Shown: piece after piece, positions 13,270 to 26,374 of the stretch
How the letters are laid out: every line of letters starts with the position of its first letter
Numbering within the stretch: the first letter of the stretch is position 1
NCBI RefSeq assembly: GCF_006345805.1
Contig: NC_043001.1
Span: forward strand, 125,426,001 to 125,490,000
DNA: 64,000 nt
Direction of reading: 5' to 3'
Source of the DNA: Octopus sinensis
Lineage: Eukaryota
Program-made: the position numbers and the translations under genes
The notes under the pieces: generated by a model
The model's database searches: none
Told to the model about the DNA's origin: nothing
The model's input: only the letters and a program-made list of their open reading frames with translations

Positions 13270-13450
13270 TATCATCATCATCATCATCATCGTTTAGCGT
13301 CTGTTTTCCATGCTAGCATGGGTTGGACGGTTCAACTGGGGTCTGTGAAGCCAGAAGGCTTCATCAGGCCTAGTCAGATCTGGCAGTGTTTCTACGGCTG
13401 GATGCCCTTCCTAACGCCAACCACTCCATGAGTGTAGAACACTCCGTGAG
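13270..13450 (-). mobile_element. Family A repeat, truncated
   Basis: (CAT)n plus conserved body. Confidence 0.8.
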
Positions 13451-13659
13451 TGTATATATATATATATATATATACTATATGCTCACTTTGATCATTTGTG
13501 ATGCGGTGTATGTTTCAGGGGAAAATCAAAGTGGTATGTAGGACAAAAGCAGCTGAAGAAGCATTAATGCTAAACTTTCAGAGCACCTACTTCCCATGCT
13601 AATTTAGATCACCTAAGTAATAGATTCTATCAAATACTTTTATGGAACCTTCTGAACGT

Positions 13660-13673
13660 ACGTGTGTGTGTGT

Positions 13674-13723
<50 letters not shown>

Positions 13724-13924
13724 ATACATATATACATACATATATATGTACAGAGAGAAAGTTTGCAGGAGAAAGAGAAAGTAAGATAGAGGTATAGATA
13801 TATACGTGTATGTGTGTGTATGTATGTATGTGTGTGTGTATATATGTGTGTGTGTATATGCTTGTGTGTGTGTGTGTGTAGATAGATAGATGGATGGATG
13901 GATGGATGGATGGATGGATGGATG

Positions 13925-13961
<37 letters not shown>

Positions 13962-13997
13962 GTAGGTAGATAGATAGATAGATGGATAGATAGATAG
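13660..13997. repeat. Compound (TG)/(TA)/(TGGA)/(TAGA) microsatellite
   Basis: Direct reading. Confidence 0.95.
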
Positions 13998-15177
13998 GTA
14001 CAAATACAGACACACAGGCAGACTGACAAATTTTCTCTTATACTTGAATTACTATCCACCAAAGCCCCCAGAAACTTAATAAATTTTACCTGCTTGTTGC
14101 TTTTAACTGTGTTGCATTATTTACTTTTCAACTTTTTGTGTGATTTTCCTTTTTTTTCTGTGCTGATGAGTAAAATTGGTCATCTTTGCTTAAAACAGAC
14201 CCCTCGGCAAAGAAGTCGGTAAATTGAAGCTTTGTTAAGATTATTGAATTGACTTTTCCAGTTATGTCTTCTTATCTTAGTTGTTGGTATAATGCCCTGT
14301 GAAAGACATGCTACTCTTTATGCAGTATATGACATTAGCAGTTACGTTTGACCAAGTAATAAAACAAACTCTGTAGAAAGTTCTTTTGCTGCCTCATATT
14401 AGTATGTAATAAATATAATATAATGTGATATACACGTCTCTTCAGTTTCTTTGTGGTTCTTGACGGCTAGTACTCAGCTCTGGTTTTATGTTTTCAAACA
14501 GAAGAGAATCAAATCTTTCCCTGGTTAAGATGCTAATCTATTATTGCTGCAAAATTTTCTCACAAGCTGTACTGCAGTCAGTATGACTTATTTCTTCATT
14601 TCTAGCACTTTGTTATTGTGTCAGGTAGATGCTATCACTTATTGATTGTACACTTAGCTCTAAATAGAATCCCAATGAAGGTACTGTTAATTGCTGTAAT
14701 CAGTAGGAGCACTAATGGTTCTGCTTTGTTATTTAGTTTGAGAAGAGAGTGGTTGCCTGTGACCTTTTATAACCCTCTCATGCTGGTGAGGTCAATGTGG
14801 TTGATTTTCAGTTTGAACTTCTCTTGGTCTATACTTGTAAGAAAAACATAAGTAGGAAAAAGTTCCACAGAAGTGCAATTCCATGGAGAACGGTTGGGTA
14901 ATATGGCTCGTGTGGGCCTTAGAGAGAGTGAAACACAGAAGGAGGAAAAAAGAAGAGTTTTGCATGTAACACATCATACTAGTTTCAGTGTGTGTGTGTG
15001 TATGGAGCAAAAATTTTGTTCATCAGTGACTAAACTGGTACTCCCAATGGGCTCACCTAGTGAATATGGCTGTGAGAATGCCAGCAGGATGAAAATAATA
15101 CCTGTCAAAAGGTCAAAATATCTGTCTAGGAGAGAAGTAGTTAGGGCTTCTTTATTGAGGTGGAGATATACCTGCAC

Positions 15178-15411
15178 AGATGGCGACGAGCTGGCAGAAA
15201 CGTTAGCATGCCGGGCGAAATGTGTAGCCGTATTTCGTCTGCCGCTACGTTCTGAGTTCAAATTCCGCCAAGCTCGACTTTGCCTTTCATCCTTTCGGGG
15301 TCGATAAATTAAGTACCAGTTACGCACTGGGGTCGATGTAATCGACTTAATCCGTTTGTCTGTCCTTGTTTGTCCCCTCTATATTTAGCCCCTTGTGGGT
15401 AATAAAGAAGC
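15178..15411 (+). mobile_element. SINE family B, full length
   Basis: gagctggcagaaacgttagc...gagttcaaattcc...aataaagaa; 14-bp TSD agatatacctgcac (15164-15177, 15412-15425). Confidence 0.9.
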
Positions 15412-17266
15412 AGATATACCTGCACTTCCTTGGTTCTTTGTGGATGAGCCCAAGAAGACAACAGTTGGGAGGGTACACCCTGTGAGAAAAACAAGCTGTA
15501 GTGGTTAGCTTTAAAACAGTCTCTGATTGACTGCATTTCCACTATCTTCCTGTGGTTGAGAGGAGGTACCAGTTGTGTTTGGTCACCTTTACCGCTGGAT
15601 CTATCTCCTTCATGGCTAAAATAAAGAAACAAAAAGATTCCACACACCCTATCATATCACAATAAGATTCCATTACATACATGTCTTCTCCAACAATGTT
15701 GACTATTACATCTTAGATTTTGGGTGGTTGTTGTCATTGTAATGAGATATCGCATGAATACTTGACAATGAAATACACCATTTCCATAGTCTCCTTGCTC
15801 GTGGTGCTATAGTGTAAGTGTAGCATAGGTGCCAGCTGTTACAATTATCTAGGTGCTGAGCTGCTGCATCCTCAGTTACTGCTACTCTTTTAAGAAGTAC
15901 AATCATCAAAGGATACACAACTGAAGTTGGTTCCCATCAAATTTGACAGCCAATGAAATGAGAGCAAGAGTGAATCTGTAATGGTGAAAAACACCCTACT
16001 TTGTTTTTTATAGTTTAATGCAAAACACCCAACTTTGTTTCTTTTAGTTTGTTGTTGAAGACATGCCTAGGATGGTGATGGGTTTGTGTGACATTGATTT
16101 TGTTAAGTTTTGTAATAATAAGTGCCCCAGTGCGTGATTCTGCCTGCTACATCAGCTGGTCTTTTACATGGCATATGACCCAGAGGAAATGAAGCCCTTT
16201 ATTCAGTAACTAGCTTCATAAGCATTTTATTCTGTTCCATTCAGTTTCCTTCCTGTCTGTTCCATTTTGTACCATGGCACTTGAACTCTACACCACACCA
16301 CTTATTTTCTTTCCCTATTGCAAGTTACTTGGTGACCCTCCCAGTGTTTGGTGCCACACAAAAAGCATCCAGTCCACATTGTAAAGTAGTTGGTGTTTGG
16401 AAGGGCATCCGGCTGTAAAAACCATGCCAAAACTGACCCCACCTGTGCTGGTACCATATATAAAGCACTCAGTCCACTCTGCAGGGTTGTTGGTGTTAGG
16501 AAGGGCAACCAACCGTAAAAACCATGCCAAAACAGACACAGAAGTCTGGTACAGTCTTCTGCCTGGCCACCAGTTCCTATCAAACCATCCAACCCATGCC
16601 AGCATGGAAAGTAGGTGTTAAACGATGATAATGATGATGATAAATTGTGATTTTGTCCAGTTCAAAACTATGTGGAGATTGTGGTGTTGTGTTGAGCTCT
16701 GCAAACTTTAATTCTGTCTCTTGGTGTATGTAATTGCTTGATTCCAACAATATTTTGTTTCCTTAAAGTTTGTAATTGTGTTTTTGTTTTGTTTGGTTCA
16801 GAGGTCTCTGAATAAATTGTGATGATTTGATTTGGTCGGAAGAGAATTAGATTATTTACCACATGATTATGCTACTAGATGTGTGGAACGTAGCGTGTAG
16901 AGTAAATGTATCTGCAATACATTTGTCTCCTTTTATTGTCGTCATCATCATCACTACCACCATCACCACATCATCATCATCATCATCATCATTTTAATGA
17001 CCACTTTTCCATGCTTGCATGAGTCAGATGCAGTTTACCAAGACAGATTTTCTATGGTTGGATGCCCTTCAAGTCTCTAACCTATTTTCACCTATTTTCA
17101 AGCAAGGTAGTATTTCTCTATGGCCAGACATATTTTTGCAAATTACTGTAAATAAATGGCATTCATTTACAACAATTACACAATGCCAAGCCCAGGAAAC
17201 AAACATGCACATGGTCACACACACACACACACGCACACACACACACATACACACACACACATATAC

Positions 17267-17297
<31 letters not shown>

Positions 17298-17406
17298 GCT
17301 GGAATTTACAAAAAACAAAGGACGAAGACAGGTGTATTAGTTTAACGCTCGGGAAGGTGAGAAAGTCTTTTATGTTTCGAGCCTATGCTCTTCAACAGAA
17401 AGGAAC
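17298..17406 (-). mobile_element. Penelope-type pLTR-like fragment with hammerhead-like motif (core CUGUUGA)
   Basis: Minus strand: ttt CTGTTGA a gagc-atag-gctc GAAA ca ta aaaga; homologous to 59010-59200 and 45226-45342; flanked by (TA)/(CA) tracts. Confidence 0.6.
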
Positions 17407-18364
17407 ACACACACACTCACATACATATATATATATATATATATACATACACACATGCACACACACACACACACACACACAGAGTTTTGTACAAAGCTAT
17501 CTTTTGATCCCTACAATAGTATTTAGAAGTTTATTAAGGTGTAGTAGCTATAGTTTGTGGCTTAGTGGAATAGTTAATGCTGTTGTTTGTAGTATCTCTA
17601 TGTATTAGATGTATTATGTTTTTTAATATATTTCATGAGGCTGTCTGCCTGATTTAGCCTATTCCGCCTCACTGGAATATTATTAGGAATTTGATAGGTT
17701 CAGTGTTGAAGTTGCTGTGCTCAAGCTTTAAAAAGTGAACAAACATTGCGTTGTGGAAGAGACAATACTTCAGATGCCAAAGCTAAAGACCACCATTAGG
17801 GTTTTTATTAAAAAATTCTCAGCAAATCTGTCAAAGCTTGGAGCTTTAATGAATTAATTGAATGGATATGGATCTAGAAAATGTTATCAGATAGACTTGG
17901 ATGACACAATGATGAAGTCAAGATAATGATGAAGAGAATAGCTGAACTATTGAACATCTCTCTAAAGAGATGGAGAGATGGAGAAAGAGAAAGAGAAAGA
18001 GAGAAAAAGGAAGAAAAGAATTGCTTAATTCTATCCAGTATTTTGATTATCTTGTCAGCTATCCTGCTATTTCCAGGGCAGTGTTTTGCTATATTCTGCT
18101 GGTGTTGAGATTGGTAATGCTGTCTTGTTGTTGCTGTCAATATAAATGTTCACATCTTCACTGCAGTGCTGAGGTTCATATCCGCAGTGCTTTGTTGATG
18201 TTCATGTCAGTAATATTGATGTTGATATCAGCAGTACAGTGTTGATATTGATATTGCTAAACTAAACTGTAGTTGTTGATATCAGCAATGCACTGCTGCA
18301 GTTGATAGCTACACAACGGTTGCTGCATTTTGATATAAGTACTCTGCTGTTGATATCAATAATG

Positions 18365-19315
18365 TATGTCGTGTTGTGGTTGACATCACAGTTAATGTGA
18401 TGTTGTGGCTGTCATCACTGGTAATATGACATTGTGGTAGACATCACTAGTAATGCGATGTTGTGCTAAACATCACTGGCAATGTGATGTGTTTGAGTTG
18501 GCAGAATTGTTAGCACGCCGGCTGGAGTACCTAGCGGTATTTCAGCTGCCGCTACGTTCTGAGTTCAGATTCCACCAAGGTCGACTTTGCCTTTCATCCC
18601 TTCGGGGTTGATTAAATAAGTACCTATTTCTTTATTACCCACAAGGGGCTAAACACAGAGGGGACAAACAAGGACAGACATAGGTATTAAGTCGATTACA
18701 TCGACCCCAGTGCGTAACTGGTACTTAATTTATCGACCCTGAAAGGATGAAAGGCAAAGTCGACCTCGGCGGAATTTGAACTCACAACGTAACACAGATG
18801 AAATACCGCTAAGCATTTCGCCCGGCGTGCTAACATTTCTGCCAGCTCGCCGCTGGAGTACCTAGCAGTTTTTCGGCTGCCGCTACGTTCTGAGTTCAAA
18901 TTCCGCCGAGGTCAACTTTGCCTTTCATCCCTTTGGGGTTGATAAATTAAGTACCAGTTAGGCACTGGGGTCGATATAATCGGCTTAATCTGTTTGTCTG
19001 TCCTTGTTTGTCCCCTCTCTGTTTAGCCCCTTGAGGGTAATAAAGAAACAGATATTACTGGTAATGTGATGTTGTGGCTGACCTTACTGGCAATGTGATG
19101 TGGTTGACACCACTGGTAATGCGATGTTGTGGCTGACATGACTGGTAACGTGATAATGTGACTTGCATTACTTGTAATGTGATATTGTGACTGAAATCAT
19201 CTGTAATGTGATGATGTAGTTGATATCACTGGCAATGTAATTCTGTGGCTGGCATCACTAGTAAATGTGATGTTGTGGCTGACATCATTGCTAATGCAAT
19301 GATAACTTGTTGACA
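18365..19315. repeat. 29-bp minisatellite (AATGTGATGTTGTGGCTGACATCACTGGT), interrupted by SINEs at 18495-19036
   Basis: About 14 units read directly; each has a gtgatgt/acatcac inverted repeat. Confidence 0.85.
18495..19036. mobile_element. Nested family B SINEs (minus copy 18625-18851 inside a plus copy)
   Basis: Segments read plus, minus, plus; diagnostic gctggagtacctagc occurs at 18521 and 18852. Confidence 0.85.
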
Positions 19316-19539
19316 TAGTAAGTCTTGTTGTTTAACCCCTGATCAGCTCTCATCAAACAGAGATGTCATCATAGGCATTCTCATCTCGTCAGGTACAGCT
19401 CATCTTAGACTACAGCATCCAAGGTGTTATTTCTGTTTTTTAAAGATTGTAGGTGTAGATTGAGAGACATTTAGTACTTATTTCTAGTGAATCAAGTCAA
19501 GCAACCTCAAGGAGGATGTTTCACTGACATCATCAGAGG

Positions 19540-20490
19540 TGTTGTGGCTGACATCGCTAGTAATTTAACATTATTAAGAATGATAACAGCAATGCTGTCT
19601 CAACACTAACATCACTGACAGAGTCTCTGCACTGATGACATTAGCAATCTAATGTCAACACAGACTCCAACAATACAATGTTGACAGATAAAACATTGTA
19701 GTCACAACACTGACATCATTGACTCAGTCTCAAAGCTGATATCATTCATTGAATGCTAACACTGACACCAACCACAAAGTATCAACACTAACATCAGTCT
19801 CATAGTGTCAATAATAAATTCAGTCATACAGTGTCAATTCCGATATCAGTCATTAAATGTCACCATTGACATCAGCCTCACAGTGTTGAAACTGACATTA
19901 GTTACACAGTGTCAACACCAATATCTGCCATAAAATGTCAGCATTGACATGAGTCAAAGTGTTAACATTGACAACAGCCGCACAGTGTCACCACCGATAT
20001 CAATCATTGTAATGTTGTTGTCAGTCACATTACTGACATTAATGTAATATTGCCATTTGTATCAGTAAAGCTGTGTCAACATTGACATCAGCACACTGTC
20101 AATATTAATGGAAAGTTATGTTGACATTGATGACATCAGCAACCTAATGTCAACACTGATATAGCAAGCAGTGTTGACACTAATATCAGCTTATCAATGT
20201 TGATACTAGCATTAGCAACACAGCGTCAATGCTGATATTAGTAATGTAATGTCAACATTGACATTTGCAACACAATGTTAACACTGAGATCAGCCACACA
20301 ATGTCAAAGTTGACACCAGTAAAGTAATGTCAAAACTGATGACATTGGCAATACAGGGTTGCTGTGACTCTATTCTCTGTGTACCTTTCAATATCAGTGC
20401 CAACTTTCCAGTGTTGCTATCAATTTTTTGGCATTGATACTGACACCCTAGTGTTGATATTGATATAATTACAACTTTGTTGACATTATA
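19540..20490. repeat. Degenerate ~26-bp minisatellite rich in TGTCA-N4-TGACA palindromes
   Basis: tgtca at 19806, 19832, 19858, 19910, 19936, 19986; at least 30 TGTCA/TGACA by hand count. Confidence 0.75.
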
Positions 20491-20708
20491 TGATTAAAAT
20501 GAATAGTGGAATGGATTGTTAGGAGACTGAGTTGTATACTACTGCCTGTGCATAACTACATTGATTTACATAATACATAAACTGATAATAGTATTATGTT
20601 AAAGGAAACAGAAATAGACTTTTTGCTTAGATGATATAGGTTTGATTTCAACTTGAAGTTGACTATACTACTACTACTACTTACACCACCACCAACACTA
20701 CTACTATA

Positions 20709-20751
20709 CTGCAATGGTAGGGGGACAAACACAGACACACAAACATACACG

Positions 20752-20785
<34 letters not shown>

Positions 20786-20957
20786 CATATATACGACGGG
20801 CTTCTTTCAGTTTCCGTCTACCAAATCCACTCACAAGGCTTTGGTCGGCCCGAGGCTATAGTAGAAGACACTTGCCCAAGGTGCCACGCAGTGGGACTGA
20901 ACCCGGTACCATGTGGTTGGTAAGCAAGCTACTTACCACACAACCACTCCTGCGCCT
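20709..20957 (-). mobile_element. SINE family C, 5' half
   Basis: Matches the family C head. Confidence 0.85.
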
Positions 20958-21626
20958 ATCATAGTTGAGATTCAATAACAACAATAGCGTAAACAGAGAC
21001 ACATGGAATTAAGTCTACCATCCAAATACAGAATGCAATGCTTGAAATAGAATTGAACTCAAGATTTATTGTTTGGAGCTGTTAGTTTAATATTTTGTCT
21101 TTTTCTTCATTTTCATTTGCTACACATTAGATAAAGCATCTGATTAGCATGGAAGCCTGGCCACTCTGCTTATTATCTATTCAATTATGGTTGCAATCAA
21201 AAATGCCAAAGTGTTATGATCCATACATATTCCATAGTGAAAATAAATATTCTAAGACTAATAATATTATCCAGTATTCCCCAAGGATCTCTTCAAAGAA
21301 TTTATCAAATGTGAACTTAAATCAACATTGCAAATCATCTTGAAATACAGAAAAAGCTTGGTTTGTTTAGCATACAATATTTTGAAGTGAAAGTGTGATC
21401 CTTGCATAGTAAACACGTGATCTGTTGTCTTTTAGGTGCCCAAGGGAGTATTTGTAATATTTTTATGAGACCACTGGAAAATACTGCTTTGTATTGTCTT
21501 GTTTCTTTTTTCACTTTAGAATACGTATTTTGAGCCAATTCTATTGAATACTTTTTGATGAGGACTACAACTGCTTGAATATCATAGAAACCTCATTCTG
21601 TTATCATGATTCTTGATAAGATGGGT

Positions 21627-21945
21627 GAAGGCACATGGTTTAGTGGTTAGGGTATTCAGCTCCTGATTGTAAGATCATGAGTTCAATTCCTGATGACACA
21701 TTGTGTCCTTGAACAAGACACTTTTTTTCACATTGGCCCAGTTCACCCAACAGGCAAAAATGTGTAGTACCTGTATTTCAAAGAGCCAGCTTTGTCCCTT
21801 TCTGTGTCACACTGAATCTCCCTGACAGCTACATTAAGGGCACACATATCTGTGGAGTACTCAGCCACTTGCACATTAATTTCACAAGCAAGCTGTTCTG
21901 TTGATTGAATCGACAGGAACTCTCGTTGTCATAAACAACGGAGGG
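21627..21945 (+). mobile_element. SINE family E, diverged
   Basis: A/B boxes and the shared D/E 3' half. Confidence 0.8.
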
Positions 21946-22703
21946 TCAGCTAAGCTGGATGGTAGAATGATAGAAATAAGTAGCACATGATGAACTAAAT
22001 ACTTTGCTTCCCAACCACATGGTTCCAGGTTCACTTTCACTGTGTAGCACCTCTATATTTATCTTTTATTGTTACTTTTTACTTGTTTTAGTCATTGCTC
22101 TGCAGCCATGCTGGGGCACTTCCTTGAAGGGTTTTTTGTTGAACGAATTGGCCCTAGTACTAATTTTTTTTTGTCTTTTAAACTTGATACTTATTCTATT
22201 AGTAAAAAGTAAAAGTGAAGTAAAGTTCTTTCCTGAATCATATAGACTCATAGGTCCAGTTTCCATGACATATATAATCTTCATCTGGACAGGACACCAG
22301 TCTGTTGTAGGAATTATTTTTGCCAGCTGAGTGGACTGGAGCAACGTGAAATGAAGTGTTTTGCCCAAGAATACGATGTGTCGCCTGATCCAGAAGTCGA
22401 AACCACAACCATACGATCATGGTTACATTTACATTCTGCTCAGACTGATTTTTACCTTTCGTCCTTACAGGAGCCAATAATAAAATAAGCACCAGATATA
22501 ATGAGATGACTTAATCATTTTTACCTGAGATGAGGAATCTATAGTCTTCTCAATGTCTAAGTTGCAGCCTTCTGAAAGAATTGCAATACATAAAGGAAAA
22601 ACCCTTATACTGGGTTATTTTTTTGCTGATTAAATTTTATTTAAAACCTACTTTTTCAATTAATTGTGAATTTTAGAAACGCCTACATATATTTCTACAT
22701 CTA

Positions 22704-22861
22704 CTCTTAGCATTCAGGTTACTCTGTCAAATGTAATGTTTATTTATTCACTTTGGTTTGAATTAATCATGCATTATCTTGTAGCTTTGAGATCTGGCCA
22801 TTTTGAACATAAAACATCTAGAATATTTTAGCCTGATACAGCTGGTTTAAATGCTAAAGGG
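22704..22861. mobile_element. piggyBac-like MITE (ccctttagcatt family), left end decayed
   Basis: Right end aatgctaaaggg|TTAA; body matches 26764-26983. Confidence 0.7.
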
Positions 22862-22923
22862 TTAAAACATAGATTTCCAAAGCCTCACCTTTTTTACATT
22901 TTGTTAGAGTTTTTATGAATAAT

Positions 22924-23337
22924 TACTCCTTTACTCTTTTACTTGTTTCAGTCATTTGACTGCGGCCATGCTGGAGCACCACCTTTAATCGAACAACTCG
23001 ACCCCGGGACTTATTCTTTGTAAGCCCAGTACTTATTCTATCGGTCTCTTTTGCCGAACCGCTAAGTTACGGGGACGTAAACACACCAACATCGGTTGTC
23101 AAGCAATGCTAGAGGGACAAACACAGACACACAAACATATACACACACATACATATATATATATACATATATACGACGGGCTTCTTTCAGTTTCCGTCTA
23201 CCAAATCCACTCACAAGGCTTTGGTCGGCCCAAGGCTATAGCAGAAGACACTTGCCCAAGATGCCACACAGTGGGACTGAACCCGGAACCATGTGGTTGG
23301 TAAGCAAGCTATTTACCACAGAGCCACTCCTGCACCT
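22924..23337 (-). mobile_element. SINE family C, full length
   Basis: Matches other family C copies. Confidence 0.9.
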
Positions 23338-23556
23338 ATTATCTTTTATAATGTAATAGATTTAGCAGCATGAAAATTTATTTGAAATGCTGCCTCTTAA
23401 CTTCAGTGTGGTCCTTCCAAAATGAAAAAAAAGTCCTTCAGAACTATACTGTTCCTTTACAAATATCACCATTGTGTCAATCTAAGAAATTATTGTGATT
23501 TCTTATATAGATCTGCAAATAAATTACATTTATTGAAGGTAAAAGAGTTGTGATAT

Positions 23557-23728
23557 TTCATCATCATCATTTAGCATCCGCTTTCCATGCTAGCATGGGT
23601 TGGACGGTTCAACTGGGGTCTGTGAAGCTGGAAGGCTTCGTCAGGCCTAGTCAGATCTGGCAGTGTTTCTATGGCTGGATGCCCTTCCTAATGCCAACCA
23701 CTCCGTGAGTGTAGTGGGTGCTTTTTAA
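23557..23728 (-). mobile_element. Family A repeat, truncated
   Basis: (CAT)n plus body. Confidence 0.8.
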
Positions 23729-24544
23729 TATTTTGATCTCAAATCTTTACATGAGAAGTTATAAGTAATGTGTGGAAGCTGGTCTACATATAAAACTATA
23801 GTTCTGTCAGAATTTACTAATGACCTTGTACTAAAGCCTCATATGAAACTGAAAAGATTTTACAGCTGTGGTTGTGCAGCCCCAAGTCAGCCCTGAACCA
23901 GTGCATCTTCGGCAGTCCTGATGCAACAGATCTACAGCTCAGCTTGGCATGACCTACATCAAGCTGAGATCCATAATCCATATTGCATATTGCATGCTCT
24001 GACATGCAACGATGAATTGTGTTTGAAGTTCAGTGTGACAGCCTGGACATATATTTCCATAAATTTGTTGTTGTTGCTGCTGCTGTTGTTGTTGTTGTTG
24101 TACTCAATCAATGCACAATCTCATAGTTATTTCTCTGCACTTAGCATTTTAGATGGCGTACATTACAGCATTGCATTTGGAGCGAATAAAATTATTGATA
24201 TTGTCCCTATTTCTGTCCATCATCATCATCATCATTTTTAACATTCACTGTTCCATACTTGCTTGGGTTGGATGGAATTTTTTTCGAGGCAGGTTTTCTG
24301 CAGCTGGATACCCTTCCTGTCTGTCTTCGACCCTCACCTGTTTCCAAGCAAGGTAATGCTTCTCTATGGCCAGACATGTCCTTGCAGAATATTGGAAATA
24401 AATGACACTACTTGTATGACAGTAACAATCATTTAACAACTGTCGTGCAATGTCAAGACCAGGAGAAACAAACAGGCACACACTCACACACTCGCACTCA
24501 CACTTTCAGATTCACACTCATGCTCATATTCATACACCCATATA

Positions 24545-25015
24545 TTTGGCATTTGCCATATCCTGAACGCCTTACTTTCCTGGGCATGGACACATTGAAA
24601 CTCCGATGTCTGGCAGCTGACTTGGCAGACACCCATAAAATTAACCATCTTACAAGCAATTACTCTGAGCACCTTTTTAAACTCCACCCATCTAACACCC
24701 GTTGACATATTTACAAAGTCAGAAAACAGCACAGCTCCCATGACTTCAGGAAACATTTTTTCACGCTGAGAGTTGCTGAAGCATGGAACAAACTGCCGGC
24801 ATCAGTTGTTAGTTGTCGGAGCACTGCATCCTTCAAAACTTCCATGCTTCCTGAGATTTGCCAACACTACACCTGATTTTCTCCCCTCCATACACATACA
24901 AGCATGAATCTGACTCATACATTGTTTGCTTTCCAGACATTTGTACATTACTGCATATACTCTGAAAAGTTGTGGTGCACCTGAGCACTGTATACGATAA
25001 TTTCATTATTATATT
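24545..25015 (+). pseudogene. CR1/L2-like LINE 3' end (second family)
   Basis: LPYPERLTFLGMDTLKLRCLAADL..NTR*HIYKVRK..DFRKHFFTLRVAEAWNKLPASVVSCRSTASFK fits the CR1-type ORF2 C-terminus. Confidence 0.8.
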
Positions 25016-25802
25016 ATTATACATACATACACACATACACACACCCTCAGACACACATTCACAAACACACACACACACACCACACACAAGGCTTCTTTCA
25101 CTTCTCATTTTCCAGATCCACCCACAAGGCTTTGATCGGCCTGGGGCAATCATAGAAGACACTTGCCCAAGGTACCATGCAGTTGGATTGAACTCGAAAC
25201 CATGCTTTTCAAAAACATACTTTTCAACTACACAACTACACAACCACACCTATCTTGTTCCATGTTTGTCTGGCCTAAGTAAGAGAGATGGCATAGTCAG
25301 GATGTTGTTTTACTAGTGTCCAGGAGAGTTATATAATGTATCTAGGTGTTTAGAGGGGATTTTTCATGCTGTGGCTGGGACTGTGATGGCTGATCAAACA
25401 AGACATTAATCTGATTTTAATTTGTTAAGTATGTTCTCTTTAACTTTGTTGTATTGTGTTTTTCTTGACCTATTTAGCATTCTACCTCACATATGTAACG
25501 ATGGCAAGCAGCTTATAATTCTCCATCACTGCATGTGGAGAAAAGATACTTAAGTGTTTTGTTAAGGATTTTCTAAATGCTATTTAAGATGTATTAGTAC
25601 ATTTTGAAGAGGAACTACAAACGTAGTGCAAATCTTTCACTTAGACCTCCTCAGAATTTTATTTGTATATAATCCCCTTTGAAAATGTTTCCTGGGTTAA
25701 CCCTATAACATTCAGATTTCTTTGTCAAATATATTGCTTATTTATTCACATTGTTTTGAATTAATCACACGTTATTTTGTAGCTTCAAAATTTCAATGGT
25801 GT

Positions 25803-26050
25803 GTTTACTCTTTTACTCTTTTACTTGTTTCAGTCATTTGACTGCGGCCATGCTGGAGCACCGCCTTTAATCGAGCAATTTGACCCCGGGACTTATTCTT
25901 TTGTAAGCCCAGTACTTATTCTATCGGTCTCTTTTGCCGAACCGCTAAGTAATGGGGACATAAACACACCAGCATCGGTTGTCAAGCGATGCTAGGGGGA
26001 CAAACACAGACACCATGTGGTTGGTTAGTAAGCTACTTACCACACAGCCA
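25803..26050 (-). mobile_element. SINE family C with internal deletion
   Basis: 3' half joined directly to the head. Confidence 0.8.
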
Positions 26051-26334
26051 GTATATTTCTAGAATAATATTGTAGGGTAGGTGTATATTTTTAGTGTAGG
26101 TGTACATATTCACTTACATATATAAAACTATTCACACAAACATTTTGAGCAGTAAACTTCACTGATGATAAAATTATATAGTAATGCCTTGTCTTCCACC
26201 TCTTGTATACACAGGCATATACACACCATCACCATGACAACCAATAATAAAGATATTATCATCACCACATTTTGCTATTTATTTTCTATCTCATTTTTGC
26301 CATTTGTCTCAGATAATCTTGCTTGTATATGTGT

Positions 26335-26373
<39 letters not shown>

Positions 26374-26374
<1 letters not shown>

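Noticed and set aside
13553-13585. CTGAAGA-a-gcattaatgc-TAAA-c hammerhead-like string
   Set aside because: G12 is replaced by T and there is no convincing stem I or III; single copy.
19630-19660. CTGATGA-cattag-caat-ctaatg hairpin
   Set aside because: No GAAA follows; part of the TGTCA satellite.
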